From Ginglymostoma cirratum (lineage: Eukaryota), in NCBI GenBank assembly GCA_024137785.1, contig JAHRHZ010000146.1, positions 85,571 to 149,570 on the forward strand: 64,000 bases of DNA, in the 5' to 3' direction. This document shows, in pieces, positions 1 through 13,362 of this stretch; position 1 is the stretch's first letter; each line of letters opens with the position of its first letter. The position numbers were made by a program, and so were the translations under genes. A model generated the notes under the pieces. The model did not search any database. It saw only the letters and a list, made by a program, of their open reading frames with translations, and had not been told where the DNA came from.

Positions 1-89
1 ACATTATTCATTACCTCCTGGTATTTTTTTAAACAGTTGCTCAATCATTGCATGGTAACATTTCCACAGGAGAGTGGCAGTATAGTTTT

Positions 90-1105
90 GTGGGAGTAAA
101 ATCATATCTCTCAAAGTTGATTTGAGTTTTTTGAAGAAGTAACCATGAAGACTGAGGTTGGAATAGTACACATTATTAACATGGACTTTAGTAAAGCCTT
201 TGACAAGGTTGTGCATGATAGACTAATTAGTAAATTTAGATCATATGGGACTTGGTGAGTTTGCAAATTGGATACAAAATTGGCTTTATGGTAGGAGAGG
301 TAGGTTGGTGGTGGAGGGTTCTTTTTCAGACTACAGACCTGCGACCAGTGGTGCCCCTCGGGGACTGGTACTGGGGTCCACTTTTGTTTGTTATTTTATA
401 TTTTTATCCAAAACATTCATATGGGAAGCATGGTTAATAACTTTGCAGATAACATCAAAATTGGTGGTATAGTAGACAGTGAAGAAGATTATCTAAAATT
501 ACAAAGAGATCTTGATCATTTGGGTCAATGGGCTGAGGAGTGGCAAATGGAGTTAAATTTGGATAAATATGAGGTATTGTATTTTGGTGAAACAAACAAA
601 GACAGAACTTATACAATTAATGGTAGGGCCTTGGGTAATTTTGTAGAACAGAGAGACCTCGGGGTTCAGGTACATAATTCTTTGAGATTTGCGTTACAGG
701 TGGACAGTTTGGTTAAAAAGGCATTAGCACACTTGCCTTCATCGCTCAGACCTCTGAGTGTAGAAGTTGGGATGTCATATTGAGGTTGTACAGGATGTTG
801 GTGAGGCCTCTTCTGGAGGACTGTGTCCAGTTCTGGTTGCCATGTTATAGGAAGGATAGTATTAAGCTGGAGAGTGTTCAGAAAAGATTCATCGGGATGT
901 TGGAAATGGAGAGCTTGAGATATAAAAATAGACTGGGACTTTTTTCACTGGAGTGTAGGAGGTTGACGGGTGATCTTTACTGAGGTTTATAAAATCATGA
1001 GATGATAGATAAGGTGAATGACAAGGGCCTTTTCCCTGGGGGAGGGAGTTCCAAGCTAGGGGGCATATTTTTAAGGCGAGAGGAGAAAGATTTAAAAAGG
1101 ACATG
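90..1105 (+). mobile_element. CR1 LINE RT fragment
   Basis: MDFSKAFDKV, FADN, RDLGVQV, LEDCVQFW. Confidence 0.9.
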
Positions 1106-1899
1106 GCTGGGGTGGCGGGGGCAGGGGGTAAAATTGCAATCGATGCAACCTCATTTTGAGGCACTGCTTCCATTCATTGGCCAAGACGCTGTGCTGATTT
1201 CAAGTGTTGACTCTCATGGAACCTTCATGTTATCATTGTAAACCTTTTAAGAGTTATAACTTTGCATGGTTATCACACAGCATCAGTTTTCTCTGCAATA
1301 GGGCATTTTATAGCTGTTTATTTTGTATGATCGTGTGCAGGTGTGTGTTACCTCGTTGGGCTGGGTGGCTGTGAGAGATGCCAAGCAGGGTGGTTTCAAT
1401 TCTTGCAGTGAGATTTCAAAGGAGATCTAGGCCTTTGCAATTTTGAAAGATAAACATAACACCAGTCCTCTTTCGCTCCATCTCTGTCTCTCTCTCTCAC
1501 TAACAAGCGAGAAGCCCGATGATCTTCTGGGGAGAGTCGTGACTTTACTAAGGTTAGAATGAGCAGATAGATTTGATTTTAAAGATACGCAGGTTTGAGA
1601 GTAGAGATGTCAAAACCTGAAAATTAACCAAAATTGACACAATGGAATTTGCCTGTTTGGTGCATCTACTAGAAGGGGGAAGTGATGAGGAACTTTGGAC
1701 CTTTCAATAGATAGAGAAATATGGGATAGAAAAGTGTCGTGGTGTTTTTCAATACATTGGCTAATGATATTTTTTAAACAAGAAACAGTCAAGTTCTACC
1801 CTAAGACGTACCTGGTCCTTTCTTCCTAGCAATGATTGGTTTTCAATTTCTAAACCCCCAAGAAAATGGTTGGATGTGATCCTATGAAGCCTTGCATTG

Positions 1900-2230
1900 T
1901 CTACCAATGAAAGAAAGTGTGCCAAATGCCTTCTTCACCACCCTGCATATCTGTGCTGCAACTTCCAAAGAACTATGTACCTGAACCCTTAAGTCTCTCT
2001 GTTCAACACCACTCCCCAGGGCCCTACCATTAACTGTATAAGTCCTGCCCTTTTCAGCTTACCAAAATACAACACTTCACATTTATCCAAGTTCAATGCC
2101 ATCTGACCTCCTAGGCCCATTGGCCCAATTGATTAAGATCTCCTTATAATCTCAGATAACCTTCTTCACCGTTGACTGTGACACCAATTTTGGTGTGATC
2201 TGCAAACTTACTCACCATGCCTCCTATATT
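1900..2230 (-). mobile_element. CR1 fragment
   Basis: Reverse complement of RT 3' region (KFAD, WANG). Confidence 0.75.
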
Positions 2231-2713
2231 TTCATTGTCATTTGTTCAACAGTGTTTACTAGTGATACCAATAAAGAATGGCCTAGTCGTGTTTGCTCAG
2301 ATTTTTCTGAGTTCATGGGTGGGGGCTGGCGTGGGTGGGGTGTGGAATGCATGTGTGGAGTTGGAAACCCAGGCAGACTAATCATCATTCTGATGAGCCA
2401 TAGGACAGGCTTGAAGGACGAAATGGTTTGCTTCTGCTCTTATTTTGGACATTTATGATGAACAGGATTAGACATGCATGCAGTGAAAAGCGAGCTCACT
2501 CTGCACGCAAGGTATTTCAGATCTCTTAGAAAAATGACCACAGAGGGTTCGATTCTCTGTTGAGCATCTGGCTGGAACAGTAGCCAGTCCACGTCTAATG
2601 CTAACCACCTCCTTTTGAGCAAAAATCCCAATCCTTGAGGTCATGTTCAAATTGCCATCTCAGCAACTGGTAGCCAATTGAGTCAAACACAAAAAGAGGT
2701 CAGAAGAAAATAT

Positions 2714-2906
2714 TTCAGAGATCGTAGGAACTGCAGATGCTGGAGGATCTGAGATAACAAGGTGTAGAGCTGGATGAACACCGCAGGCCAAGCACCTTCT
2801 TCAGAAAATGGGCTGAAGAAGGGTCTAGGCCCGAAACGTCAGCCTTCCTGCTCCTCTGATGCTGCTTGGTCTGCTGTGTTCATCCAGTTCTACACCTTGT
2901 TATCTG
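2714..2906. mobile_element. Short non-coding PLE-tail fold-back with 12-bp TSD
   Basis: Inverted arms; TSD agaagaaaatat at 2702-2713 and 2907-2918. Confidence 0.85.
2813..2843 (+). ncRNA. Minimal hammerhead ribozyme-like motif (PLE)
   Basis: CTGAAGA-A-GGGTCTAGGCCC-GAAA-CGTC. Confidence 0.65.
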
Positions 2907-3629
2907 AGAAGAAAATATGCCTGACCTTACAAAAAAATCCAGACAAATAAAATAGGCCTTTTCCATCCGCGATTGAAAATGTCGAATGAGGTTTATTTGA
3001 GTTTCACTTCTTCTGACAGGCTGACTGGTCTCACCAGGTCAAGACAATTTTAACCGACAAATGAACTATTTCTACCAGAACAGCCAACTGTATATTGCAT
3101 ATTCTATTCAGCGTTAGGCTTTACAAAAATTCAAATGCATTTTTTGGTGTAAATGGATACCATACTTAAGCATGTTTAGGTTAATTTTCCTGCACATTGT
3201 AACTTGTGTTTCGATAATAAAGATGTGTATCTTGCGGAGACACAGTTCCTTCTGGAACTGCTACTTTGCAGCTGTACAAAACAGTGCAAACTGCATTTTG
3301 TTCTTCTTGCTTAATAGATATTGAATCTGGGAATATTTCTCTCGTCGTTTTCATCATCTTGTTTTTTTGTTTGCTGCAGTTTGTATTGAAGGCAGACGAT
3401 AGAAAATTAATGACGCCATAGACTGACCAGACCATGGTGCTACTCATTCATTGGAAAGCGAGGTATTGTGGGTAAATCACCACAATTTATGTTATTTTGG
3501 CTACTTATTAAGAAAATCATAGACAATCAAATACTGAAACAATAATTGAAATTGATTACATGTAGCAACCAAATATAAGACTGTTCAACTATAAGCCTGC
3601 AACCCAATTTAGCTACGACCAGATTAATA

Positions 3630-4287
3630 GTCATACAGCACTCAAACAGACTCTTTGGTCCAATCAGGCCATGCTGAACATAATCCCAAACTAAACTAGT
3701 CCGACCTGCCTGTGCTCGGCCTATATCCCTCCAAACATTTCTAATTCATTTACTTATCCAAATGTCTTTTAAATGTTGTAACTGTACCCACATCCGCCAC
3801 TTCTTCACCACTTCATTCCACACACAAAACACTCTTTTGTGTGAAAATGTTGTCCCTCATGTCTTTTTTAAATCTTTCTGTACTCATCTTAAAAAAAAAT
3901 GCCCTGTAGTCTTAATACCACCACCTGGAAAAGACACCTGCCATTCACCTTAACCATACCTCTCGTGACCTTCTATAAGGTCACCTTTAAATCTCCTACA
4001 CTCCAGTGAACAAAGCCTCAGTCTATCCTGTCTCTCCTTCTAACTCAACCTTCCATTCCTGGCAACATCCTGATAAATCTCTTTGAGTTGATAATACCCT
4101 TCCTATAACAAGGAGACCAGAACTGGACACGGTACTCCAGAAAAGGCCTCGCCAACATCCTGTACAACCTGAATATAACATCCTAACACCCATAGTGAAA
4201 GGCAGCTTGCTAAAGGCCTTCTTAAGCCATCCTGTGTACACGTGACACCAACTTCAACAAATTATGTACCTGAACCCTTAGGTATCT
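3630..4287 (-). mobile_element. CR1 3' fragment
   Basis: CR1 3' UTR and LEYRVQFWSPCY-type sequence. Confidence 0.8.
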
Positions 4288-5684
4288 GTGGTGAAATCTG
4301 GCCAGGACTTCAAACAACCATGGTCTGTCTCCTGGAGGTGCTCCAGGGTTCAATCTTTTAGTAGCTCTTCGAAGTTCTATTCAGTTGTTCCAGTGTGGGA
4401 TTGTGATATAATTTTCTCTCTTTCAGGCTGGAGTGTGGCATTATTGATTTCTTTTCGATTCTTTCATCCCCATCATTGATGACTTTTTCAGAGACCATAA
4501 GACTGTAGCTTCTGTATTCATTCACGGGATGGGGGCATCACTGGCTAGACAACATTTATTGCCAAATTGCCTCTGTGGGTCTGGACTCACATGTAGGCCA
4601 TGGCAGTTAAGGATGGCACTTTTCCTTCCCAAAAGGACATTAGTAAACCAGATGGTTTTTTCCCCCAACATTCACAATGGATTCATGGCCATCTTTCGAC
4701 TCTTAATTCCAAATATTTATTGAATTCAAATTCCACCATCTGCCATGGCAGGATTTGAACCCAAGCATATTATCTGGGTCTCTGGATTAACAGTCCAGCA
4801 ATAATACCTCAAGGCCATTGCCTCCCTTTGCTTGCCTGCTTATCAAAAATTGCTCCTTCATTCCTTGATGCATTTGGGGTTAACTGTCTGTTTAAAACAC
4901 AACTTTTTCCTGCAATTAACCTCTTTATTTCAGAGCATTGCTACCTCAAGCAGGCCTAATTTCCAATTTATCACAAGGCAGCAAATTATCAAGCAGTGTT
5001 ATCTCCTCTTGCCCAGGAAACAGCTTCTTATGTTTTCTATAACTCCATCTCTCCCTGGGATGGTTAATTTGCACATTGCCACAACTGCTTTAATACCAGC
5101 TTCTTGCTGTCCCTTTCATATCAAGAAAGTTCATTCCAAGAAGAATTATTGCTGCTTCTTTCAATCCATATATAGCAAATTATCTTTGTTCATTTTTCAA
5201 ATCCACCAATGGTTATTAAAATTCTGAAGTTGATTGTCACAGAGACAACTGATGATGGTTTAACCTGAGTGTTGCCGTACCCCAGTTGAGGGGAGAAGTT
5301 CAGATGGGGAGTCTTTCATGGGAACCGCAGCCGGTGCGGAAATTTGACCCCCACAAGTCTATGTTGGAAACCAGTTATCCAGCCAACAGAGCAGAGCCGT
5401 ACACCAGGCTCTGAGTGTGGGTCTAAGTAAACTAAGGCTGTAGGCAGTGCTCCAACTGCAGACTAATCACTAACGAAGAGAAACGGACATCACTGGTCCA
5501 TTTTTTATCCCCATTGAGATGCCATTTGAAAATCTTCAAGTGGCACTCAAAATTAGTTTTGAAATGATCTGCTTTCTTTCCATTCACCAGTTTGGATGTA
5601 AATATCCCTGCATCTTTTAAATCAATTGTGCGACGTGGGTGTCACTGGCTGAGAAATGCTATACCCTTGCCAGGAGCAGTATAT

Positions 5685-5983
5685 ATGTATGTGTTTGTGA
5701 GAGAGTGAGAGCGAGAGATCTGTCTCTGTATGTGTGTGTGTGTGTGAGAGAGAATGAGAGTCTCAGTGGTCTGTGTTTGAGTGAGCGAGAGAGAGGTTAG
5801 AGTCTCATTGTGTGAGAGAGACAGCGAGCGAGAGAGGAATCTCATTGTGCGCATGAGAGAGAGACAGGAGTCTCAGTACGCGTACAGAGACAGAGAGGAG
5901 TCAGTGTGTGTGTATGTGTGAGAGACAGGAGTCTGCTTTTGAATGTGTGTGATAGAGAGAGAGAAGTCTGTGTGTGAGAGTGA
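5685..5983. repeat. GA/GT low-complexity repeat next to N gap (5984-6198)
   Basis: Visible dinucleotide runs. Confidence 0.9.
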
Positions 5984-6566
5984 NNNNNNNNNNNNNNNNN
6001 NNNNNNNNNNNNNNNNNNNNNNNNNNNNNNNNNNNNNNNNNNNNNNNNNNNNNNNNNNNNNNNNNNNNNNNNNNNNNNNNNNNNNNNNNNNNNNNNNNNN
6101 NNNNNNNNNNNNNNNNNNNNNNNNNNNNNNNNNNNNNNNNNNNNNNNNNNNNNNNNNNNNNNNNNNNNNNNNNNNNNNNNNNNNNNNNNNNNNNNNNNCA
6201 TTTCCAAGAACCCCAATATCTCCTCCCTTTTGAGCTCAACATGACCCAATCTATCTACACACCCTTCCCCAGACTCATCACTTGACACCAGCTCCTCCAC
6301 AAACCACCTTCTGGAAGCAGTGACTGCCCTGATGCAAATCATCCCCACATCAGCCAATCAGTGTCACCACTCTGCTGTTCTCTTCTGCCCCATCAAAATA
6401 TTTTAAGAAGTTAGCCTAGACCCAAACATTTTCTTATTTTGAAGGCAAAGGTAAAGTACTGTGTTTTAGACGTAATACAATTGGTCAAACTACTCTACAT
6501 TAAGCAAAACACAATTTATTCAAACACTATAGTTAAAACACAATAGAAGAAAGAAGATAACGCAGT

Positions 6567-7660
6567 GTGGAGCCGGAGGAACACAGCAGGCCACACAGCA
6601 TCAGAGGAGCAGGAAAGCTGACGTTTCGGGTTGGGATCCTTTTTCAGAAATGGGGAGGGGGGGAAGGGAGCTGAGAAATAAAAAGAGAGGAGCGGTGGGG
6701 CTGGGGCTGGGGAAGGTAGGTGGAATGGTGATAGGTGAGTGTAGGTAGGAGTGGTGGGGATTGGTCAGTGAGGTGGGAGGGGCGGATAGGTGGGAGAGAA
6801 GATGGACAGGTCACTAAGGTGGGGACGAGAGGGAGGGTTGGTCGTGGGATGAGGCTGGGGTGGGGAGATTTTGAAACTGGTGAAGTCCACATTGAGAGCA
6901 TTGGGCCGTAGGCTCCTGAGGCAGAATATGAGGTGCTGCTTCTCCAGTTTCCAGGTGGCGTCTTTGTGACACTGGAGGAGGCCCAGGATGGACATGTCAT
7001 GCAGGGAGCGGGAGGGGGAGTTGAAATGGTTCGCAACTGGAAAGTGTTGTTGTTTGTTGTGAACAGAGCACAGATGCTCCACAAAATGGTCTCCGAGCCT
7101 CCGCCTGATCTCACTGATGTAGAGGAGGCCACATCGGGAGCTGCTGATGCAGTAGACCACATTAGTGGATGTGCAGGTGAACATCTATCTGATGTGGAAG
7201 GTTTATTTGGTGCCTTGATGGAGCGACATGTCCATCCTGGGCCTCCTCCAGTGTCTCAAAGATGCCACCCAGAAACTGGAGGAGCAGTACTTCATATTCT
7301 GCCTCGGGAGCCTACAGCCCAGTGGTCTCAATGTGGACTTTACCAGTTTCAAAATCTCCCCACCCCCGACCAACCCTCCCTCTCATCCCTGCCTCCGTGA
7401 CCTGACACAAACTGTCCATCTTCTCTCCCACCTATCTGCCCCTCCCACCTCACTGACCAAACCCCACCACTCCGTACCTGCACTCACCTATCACAGTCCC
7501 ATCTACCTTTCCCAGCCCCACCCCTCCCCTCTCAATTTTTTTCTGAGCTCTCTTCTCCCTACCCCATTTCTGAAGAATGATCCCGAGCCGAAACGTCAAC
7601 TTTCCTGTTCCTGTGATGCTGCCTGGCCTGCTGTGCAAATCCAGCTCCACTCCTGTATCT
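6567..7660. mobile_element. Penelope-like fold-back: minus EN+tail joined to plus EN end+tail
   Basis: GIY-YIG ORF 6765-7184(-) and ORF 7228-7662(+); tails face outward. Confidence 0.9.
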
Positions 7661-7879
7661 AAACAAGTTGGCTGTTTTGCCTGCCCCCGGCTTTTTTGAT
7701 AGACTTGTTTCACTTTTTGAAGCTCTCTGTACTGGCAACTCCAGCTGCTGCTCACAAACATATATATTTTTTAAAATCCCTAAGTACAGACAAAGCACAT
7801 ATCTCTTAAAGGAACCGCACATTTTAGCTTCCTGCCTTGCACCTCATAGTTACACTACCCAACTTCTTAACATATAGGA

Positions 7880-8525
7880 TATGATAACTGGAAATTTAGA
7901 AAATAATGGCAATATCGTGTAGAGCCAACATAAATTATGAAAGGGAATTCACGTCTGATAAGCTTTTTGGGGTTTTTTTCAGGACGTTACTCACAGACTA
8001 CATAAAGAAGTGTGTGATATATTTGAATTATCAGATCATTTTTGATAGGATCCCTCACAGAAGGTATATAACAACACTGGTGTGCATGGGATAGGAGGTA
8101 ATGTGCTAGTATAGATGGAGAAGTGGTTGATAGACAGAAAACAAAGAATAGGAATTAAATCATTATTGACAATCATAGCAAAGGAATTTGGATGGGGGGG
8201 ACCAATTATGCTATTTATAAGTTTGCTGATAACATAAAAATGGTGAGAATCTAATTTGCGAGGACACAGGAGGCTTCAAGAGGACTTAGGCAGGTTAATG
8301 AGTGGGTCAGATGATGGCAGGTGCAACACAATGTGAATAAGTATAAAGTTATCCTCTTGGGCACAGAAGACAGAATATTTCTGAAAAGTGGAGGGGTTGG
8401 TACTTGTTGGAGTACAAGGACACTTGGTGTCCCTGTCCGTGAATTTTTGTAAGTTAGCGTGCATAATCTACAAGGACGGTAACGAGTACGTCGACTTTCA
8501 TTTCAAGAGGATCTGAATTCAGGAG
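7880..8525 (+). mobile_element. Old CR1 fragment
   Basis: FDRIPHRR, KFADN remnants. Confidence 0.6.
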
Positions 8526-8526
8526 T

Positions 8527-10405
8527 AATGGTGTCTTGCTGCAATAGTAGGGAGCCTTTATTTGGGACAATTATTCTTGCCAACTTCTACGGTGATCTGG
8601 TCTCCCCAAATCTAAAACAGGTTTCAATTCTGGTTGCGACAGCTCTTTGGTTTCCACCATCATCACCAGCTGTTTCAATTTCAGTCTGGCTGAACTGCAG
8701 GGTCATCCGAGGGTTTTGAAAATGAAGATGTTGGCAAGAGGTTATATCTGGTGGCCAGGAATGGATGCAGACACAGCTGCATTGGTGGGGTCATGTCCAG
8801 AGTGCCAACAAGGGCCAGCATCTCCTCCACGTTCATGGGAATGGCCGTTAAGTTTTGGTTTTGGTTGCGTGTCAACCATGGGCTCAATGTCCTTAATCAT
8901 TGTGATGGCCACTCAAAGCCTGAGTCCAAAATCTTACATTTTCAGTTCTGACTGGAAGTATGTCCAGAAAATTTACAACCACAAGGGTCTCTTCCACTGG
9001 CAGTATCTCTGGTGGTGTATCTGCCAGCGGGAGGCAGCTCAGTGCGTCTGCATTTGCTGCTTGGCCTCCCGGACAGTTTTCCAACTTGCAACTGTATGTA
9101 CTTAGTATTGAGCTCACCGCTGAATTCAGCCTGAAGCAATGAGCAGCACTGCCTTGTCCTCTTTAAGTAGACATAACAGGGGTTTGTGGCTTGTTATTGA
9201 GATAAATTTGTATATGGAAAGGTATTGGTGGAACTTCCTGACTCCAAATATGACTGCCAAATCATCTTTCTCTATGTGGGGATATTTACGCTCTCCACTA
9301 GCCAAAGTCCTGGATGCATACGAGATTGGGCGGACCTCTCCATTGGGTCACCTATGAGCTAATACTACCCCGATGTCATATGGGGAAGCATCGCATGCCA
9401 ATACCACATCTCACTTGGGACTATGGTGTGCAAGCACCTTAAAGGATGATAGGGAAACGTTTCTTCACTTCCCTGAAAGCTATGGCTTGGCTACACAACC
9501 ATTTTCAATGTTGATCCATTTTTAAGAGTTGATGCAAAGGTACCAGGATGGAGGCTAGGTTATGTATGGACTTCCCATAATAATTCACCAAACCAAAGAA
9601 ACTCCTAAGCTCCAGTACTGATGTGGGAGCAGGGCACCTTTGATCAAGCTCACTTTATCTTCCAAGATAACCTGGTCTTGTCAACTCTGCAACACAAAAT
9701 AAGTGATTTGAGGTGCTTGGAACACACATTTTTTTTTCCTTCTCAGGCATGTGCCTGCCAGGGAGAAATGTTTAAGGACTATGTCCAAGTTCTCTAAGTG
9801 CTCCTTATTGGTCTTCCTTGTTATTAACATGTCACAAATAGCAACCTGAGGTAAACCTTGTAAAATATTCTCCATTGTCAGCTGAAAAATTGCACAGAGT
9901 GATGGTACCCCAAATGGCAGTCACGTTTCCTGCTACAGACCCTTATGGGTATTAACTATAGTATACATCTGGGAATCCTTCCCTAACCACAAATGCAATT
10001 ATGCGCAGTTCATGTCCAGCATTGTGAAGGGCAGCCGCCCCTAGTCAGCACTGCATATAAATCCACTTTGTGAGGGAATGGGTATTTTTCCAGCTGGAAT
10101 AGTTTATAATTTATTGAAAATTCCCTCAAAGGTGAAACGACACGTCAGGCTTCACAACCAGTATGACCAGTCCTGCCCAATCCTGGACTGGTTTGATGTT
10201 TCCCTTGCTTACCAGCTTTCTGATTTCTGTCTGTACTTTCACCTGTAATGCCTTACAGAATCGTGGAGTTGATTCCTGGTCAACATGCAATGTGGCCTTG
10301 CCTCCTTTGATAGTCCTTAGATCTTCCTGAAAAATCTCCGGGTACTTAAGTAGGACTTCACTTGGGTAGTCTTTCTCGAGGAATCATTCTCAAATAATCC
10401 TCATA
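8527..10405 (-). mobile_element. Gypsy/Ty3 pol fragment (RT-RNaseH-IN), decayed, with inverted integrase segment
   Basis: Minus strand: MENILQGLPQV..EHLENL, ACDASPY, ANADALS; plus strand ~8685-8900: GHP..MKMLARGYIWWPGMD..CPECQ..WEWP. Confidence 0.85.
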
Positions 10406-10414
10406 ACTCTTGAG

Positions 10415-10672
10415 CTCACTCTCTCTCATGCACAGTCTTGCTCACACACACACTCTCTCTTGCACGCATACTCTCTCTCTCTCGCACACTCTCTCGAAGA
10501 CACTCCTGCACACACACACTTGTACACAGACATTCTCTCTTAAATACTCTTGTACACACTCTCGTACACACATACACGCTCCCTCTCTTACACGCACACT
10601 CTTGTACACAAGTATGCACACACTCTTACATATGCTCTCTCGAGTACGTGTGCTCTCTCTCTCTTGCACACT
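10415..10672. repeat. CA/CT low-complexity repeat
   Basis: Visible dinucleotide runs. Confidence 0.9.
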
Positions 10673-11017
10673 ACAGCACAGAAATAGACTCTTCAGTCCA
10701 ACTTGTCCGTGCTGACCAGATATCCTAAATTAACCTAGTCCCATTTGCCAGCTCTCTAAAGCCTTCCTACTCATGTACCCATTCGTGTGTCTTTTAAATA
10801 TTTTAATTTTACCAGTCTGCACCACTTCCTCTAGCAGCTCATTCCATACATGTATCACCCTCTGCATGAAAATATTGTCCCTTAGATCTCTTTTAAATAT
10901 TTCCCCTCAAATCTATGCACCATAGTTTTGGACTCCCATACTCTGGGAAAATGACTTTGGCTGTTGACTCTATCCGTGCCCCTCATGATTTTATAAGCCT
11001 TTATAAGGGTACCCCTC

Positions 11018-13362
11018 AGTAGGAACTGCAGATGCTGGAGAATCTGAGCTAACAAGGTGTGGAGCTGGATGAACACAGCAGGCCAAGCAGCATCAGAGAA
11101 GCAGGAAGGCTGACGTTTTGGGCCCAGACCGTTCTTCAGAAATGGGGGAGGGGAAGAGGGTTCTGAAATAAATAGGGAGAGAGGGTGAGGCGAATAGAAG
11201 ATTGATAGAGGAGAGGATAAGTGGAGAGGAGACAGACAAGTCAAAGAGGCGGGGATGGAGCCAGTAAAGGTGAGTGTAGGTGGGGAGGTAGGGAGGAGAT
11301 AGGTCAGTCCAGGGAGGACAGTCATGTCAAGGGGGCGGGATGAGGTTAGTAGATAGGAGGTGGGGGTGTGGTTGAGGTGGGAGGAGGGGATAGGTGAGAG
11401 GAAGAACAGGTTAGGGAGGTGGGGAGGAGTTGGGCTGGTTTTGGGATGCGGTTGGGGGAGAGGAGATTTTGAAGTCTCCACCTACCTAGACTCCATTTTA
11501 ACCCCCTTGATCCAGGAACTCCCTACCTACGTCCATGACACCACCCACGCCCTCCACCTCCTCCAGAACTTACAATTCCCCAGTCCCCAACACCTCATTT
11601 TTACTATGGACGTCCAGTCCCTTTACACCTGTATTCCCCAAGCAGATGGCCTAAAGGCCCTCCGCTTCTTCCTGTCCCACAGACCTGACCAATCCCCCTC
11701 CACCGACACCCTCATCCGCTTAGCCGAACTCGTCCTCACCCTCAACAACTTCTCTTTCAATTCCTCCACTTCCTACAGACAAAGGGGGTGGCCATGGGTA
11801 CCCGCATGGGCCCAAGCTATGCCTGCCTCTTCGTAGGTTATGTGGAACAATCCCTCTTCCGAAGCTACACTGGCCCTAAACCCCACCTCTTTCTCCGTTA
11901 CATTGATGACTGTATCGGCGCCACCTCGTGCTCCCACGAGGAGCTCGAACAGTTCATCCACTTCACCAACACCTTCCACCCCAACCTGGACCATCTCGAA
12001 CACCTCTCTCTCCTTCCTGGACCTCTCAGTCTCCATCTCGGGTAACCACCTAGAAACCGATATCCATTTCAAGCCCACCGACTCCCACAGCTACCTAGGA
12101 TACACCTCCTCCCACCCACCTTCCTGCAAAAATGCCATCCCCTATTCCCAATTCCTTTGCCTCCGTCGCATCTGCTCCCAGGTTGAGACATTCCACTCCC
12201 GTACATCTCAGATGTCCTCATTCTTCAAGGACCGCAACATCCCCCCCGCAGTGGTCGAGAACGCCCTCGACCGTGTCTCCTGCATTTCCCGCAACTCATC
12301 CATCACGCCCCGTCCCGGCAATAACAACTAAAAAAGAATCCCTCTCGTCCTCACGTACCACCCCACCAACCTCTGGATCCAACGCATCATCCTCTGGCAC
12401 TTCCGCCATCTGCAATCAGACCCCACCACCAAAGACATTTTTCCCTCCCCACACTTATCTGCTTTCCAGAAGGACCACTCTCTCCGTGACTCCCTTGTCC
12501 GCTCCACACTCCCCTCCAGCCCCTCCACACCGGCACTTTTCCCTGCAACCGCAGGAAGAACTACACCTGCCCCCACACCTCCTCCCTCAACCCAATCCCA
12601 GGCCCCAAGAAGACTTTCCACATCAAGCAGATGTTCACCTGCACGTCTGCCAATGTGGTATACTGCATCCGCTGTACCCGTTGTGGCCTCCTCTACATCA
12701 GGGAAACCAAGCGGAGGCTTGGGGACCGCTTTGCAGAACACCTGCACTCAGTTCGCAACAAACAACTGCACCTCCCAGTCACGAACCATTTCAACTCCCC
12801 CTCCCATTCCTCAGATGACATTTCCATCCTGGGCCTCCTGCAATGCCACAGTGATGCCACCCGAAGACTGCAGGAACAGCTAATCATATTCAGCCTGGGG
12901 ACCCTGCAGCCCAATGGTATCAATGTGGATTTCACAAGCTTCAAAATCTCCCCTCCCCCAACCGCATCCCAAAACCAGCCCAGCTCGTCCCCGCCTCCCT
13001 AACCTGTTCTTCCTCCCACCTATCCCCTCCTCCCACCTCAAGCCCCACCCCCATCTCCTATCTACTAACCTCATTCCACCCCCTTGACCTGTCCATCCTC
13101 CCTGGACTGACCTATCTCCTCCCTACCCCCCTACCTACACTCACCTTTACTGGCTCCATCCCCGCCTCTTCGACTGCCTCCTCTCCACCTATCCTCTCCT
13201 CTATCCATCCTCTATCCGCCTCCCCCTCTCTCCCTATTTATTTTCGAACCCTCGTCCACTCCCCCATTTCTGATGAAGGGTCTCGGCCCGAAACATCAAG
13301 CTTTCTTGCTCCTATGATGCTGCTTGGCCTGATGTGTTCATCCAGCTCCACACCTTGTTATA
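11018..13362 (+). mobile_element. Penelope-like element, 5'-truncated RT + GIY-YIG + tail, preceded by an inverted copy of the tail
   Basis: MDVQSLYT, AMGTRMGPSYA, RYIDD, FTCTSANVVYCIRC..LYIRETKRRLGDRFAEH; inverted tail 11018-11476. Confidence 0.92.
13270..13300 (+). ncRNA. Minimal hammerhead ribozyme-like motif (PLE)
   Basis: CTGATGA-A-GGGTCTCGGCCC-GAAA-CATC. Confidence 0.62.

Noticed and set aside
3381-3461. Exon-like segment (ctgcag...gtattg) on the + strand
   Set aside because: Stops in all three frames and no recognisable homology or partner exons
5842-6357. Long ORFs spanning N runs (also 32866-34002)
   Set aside because: Artefacts of assembly gaps
10410-10728. His/Thr/Leu-rich or Cys/Val-rich ORFs
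   Set aside because: Translations of CA/CT microsatellite
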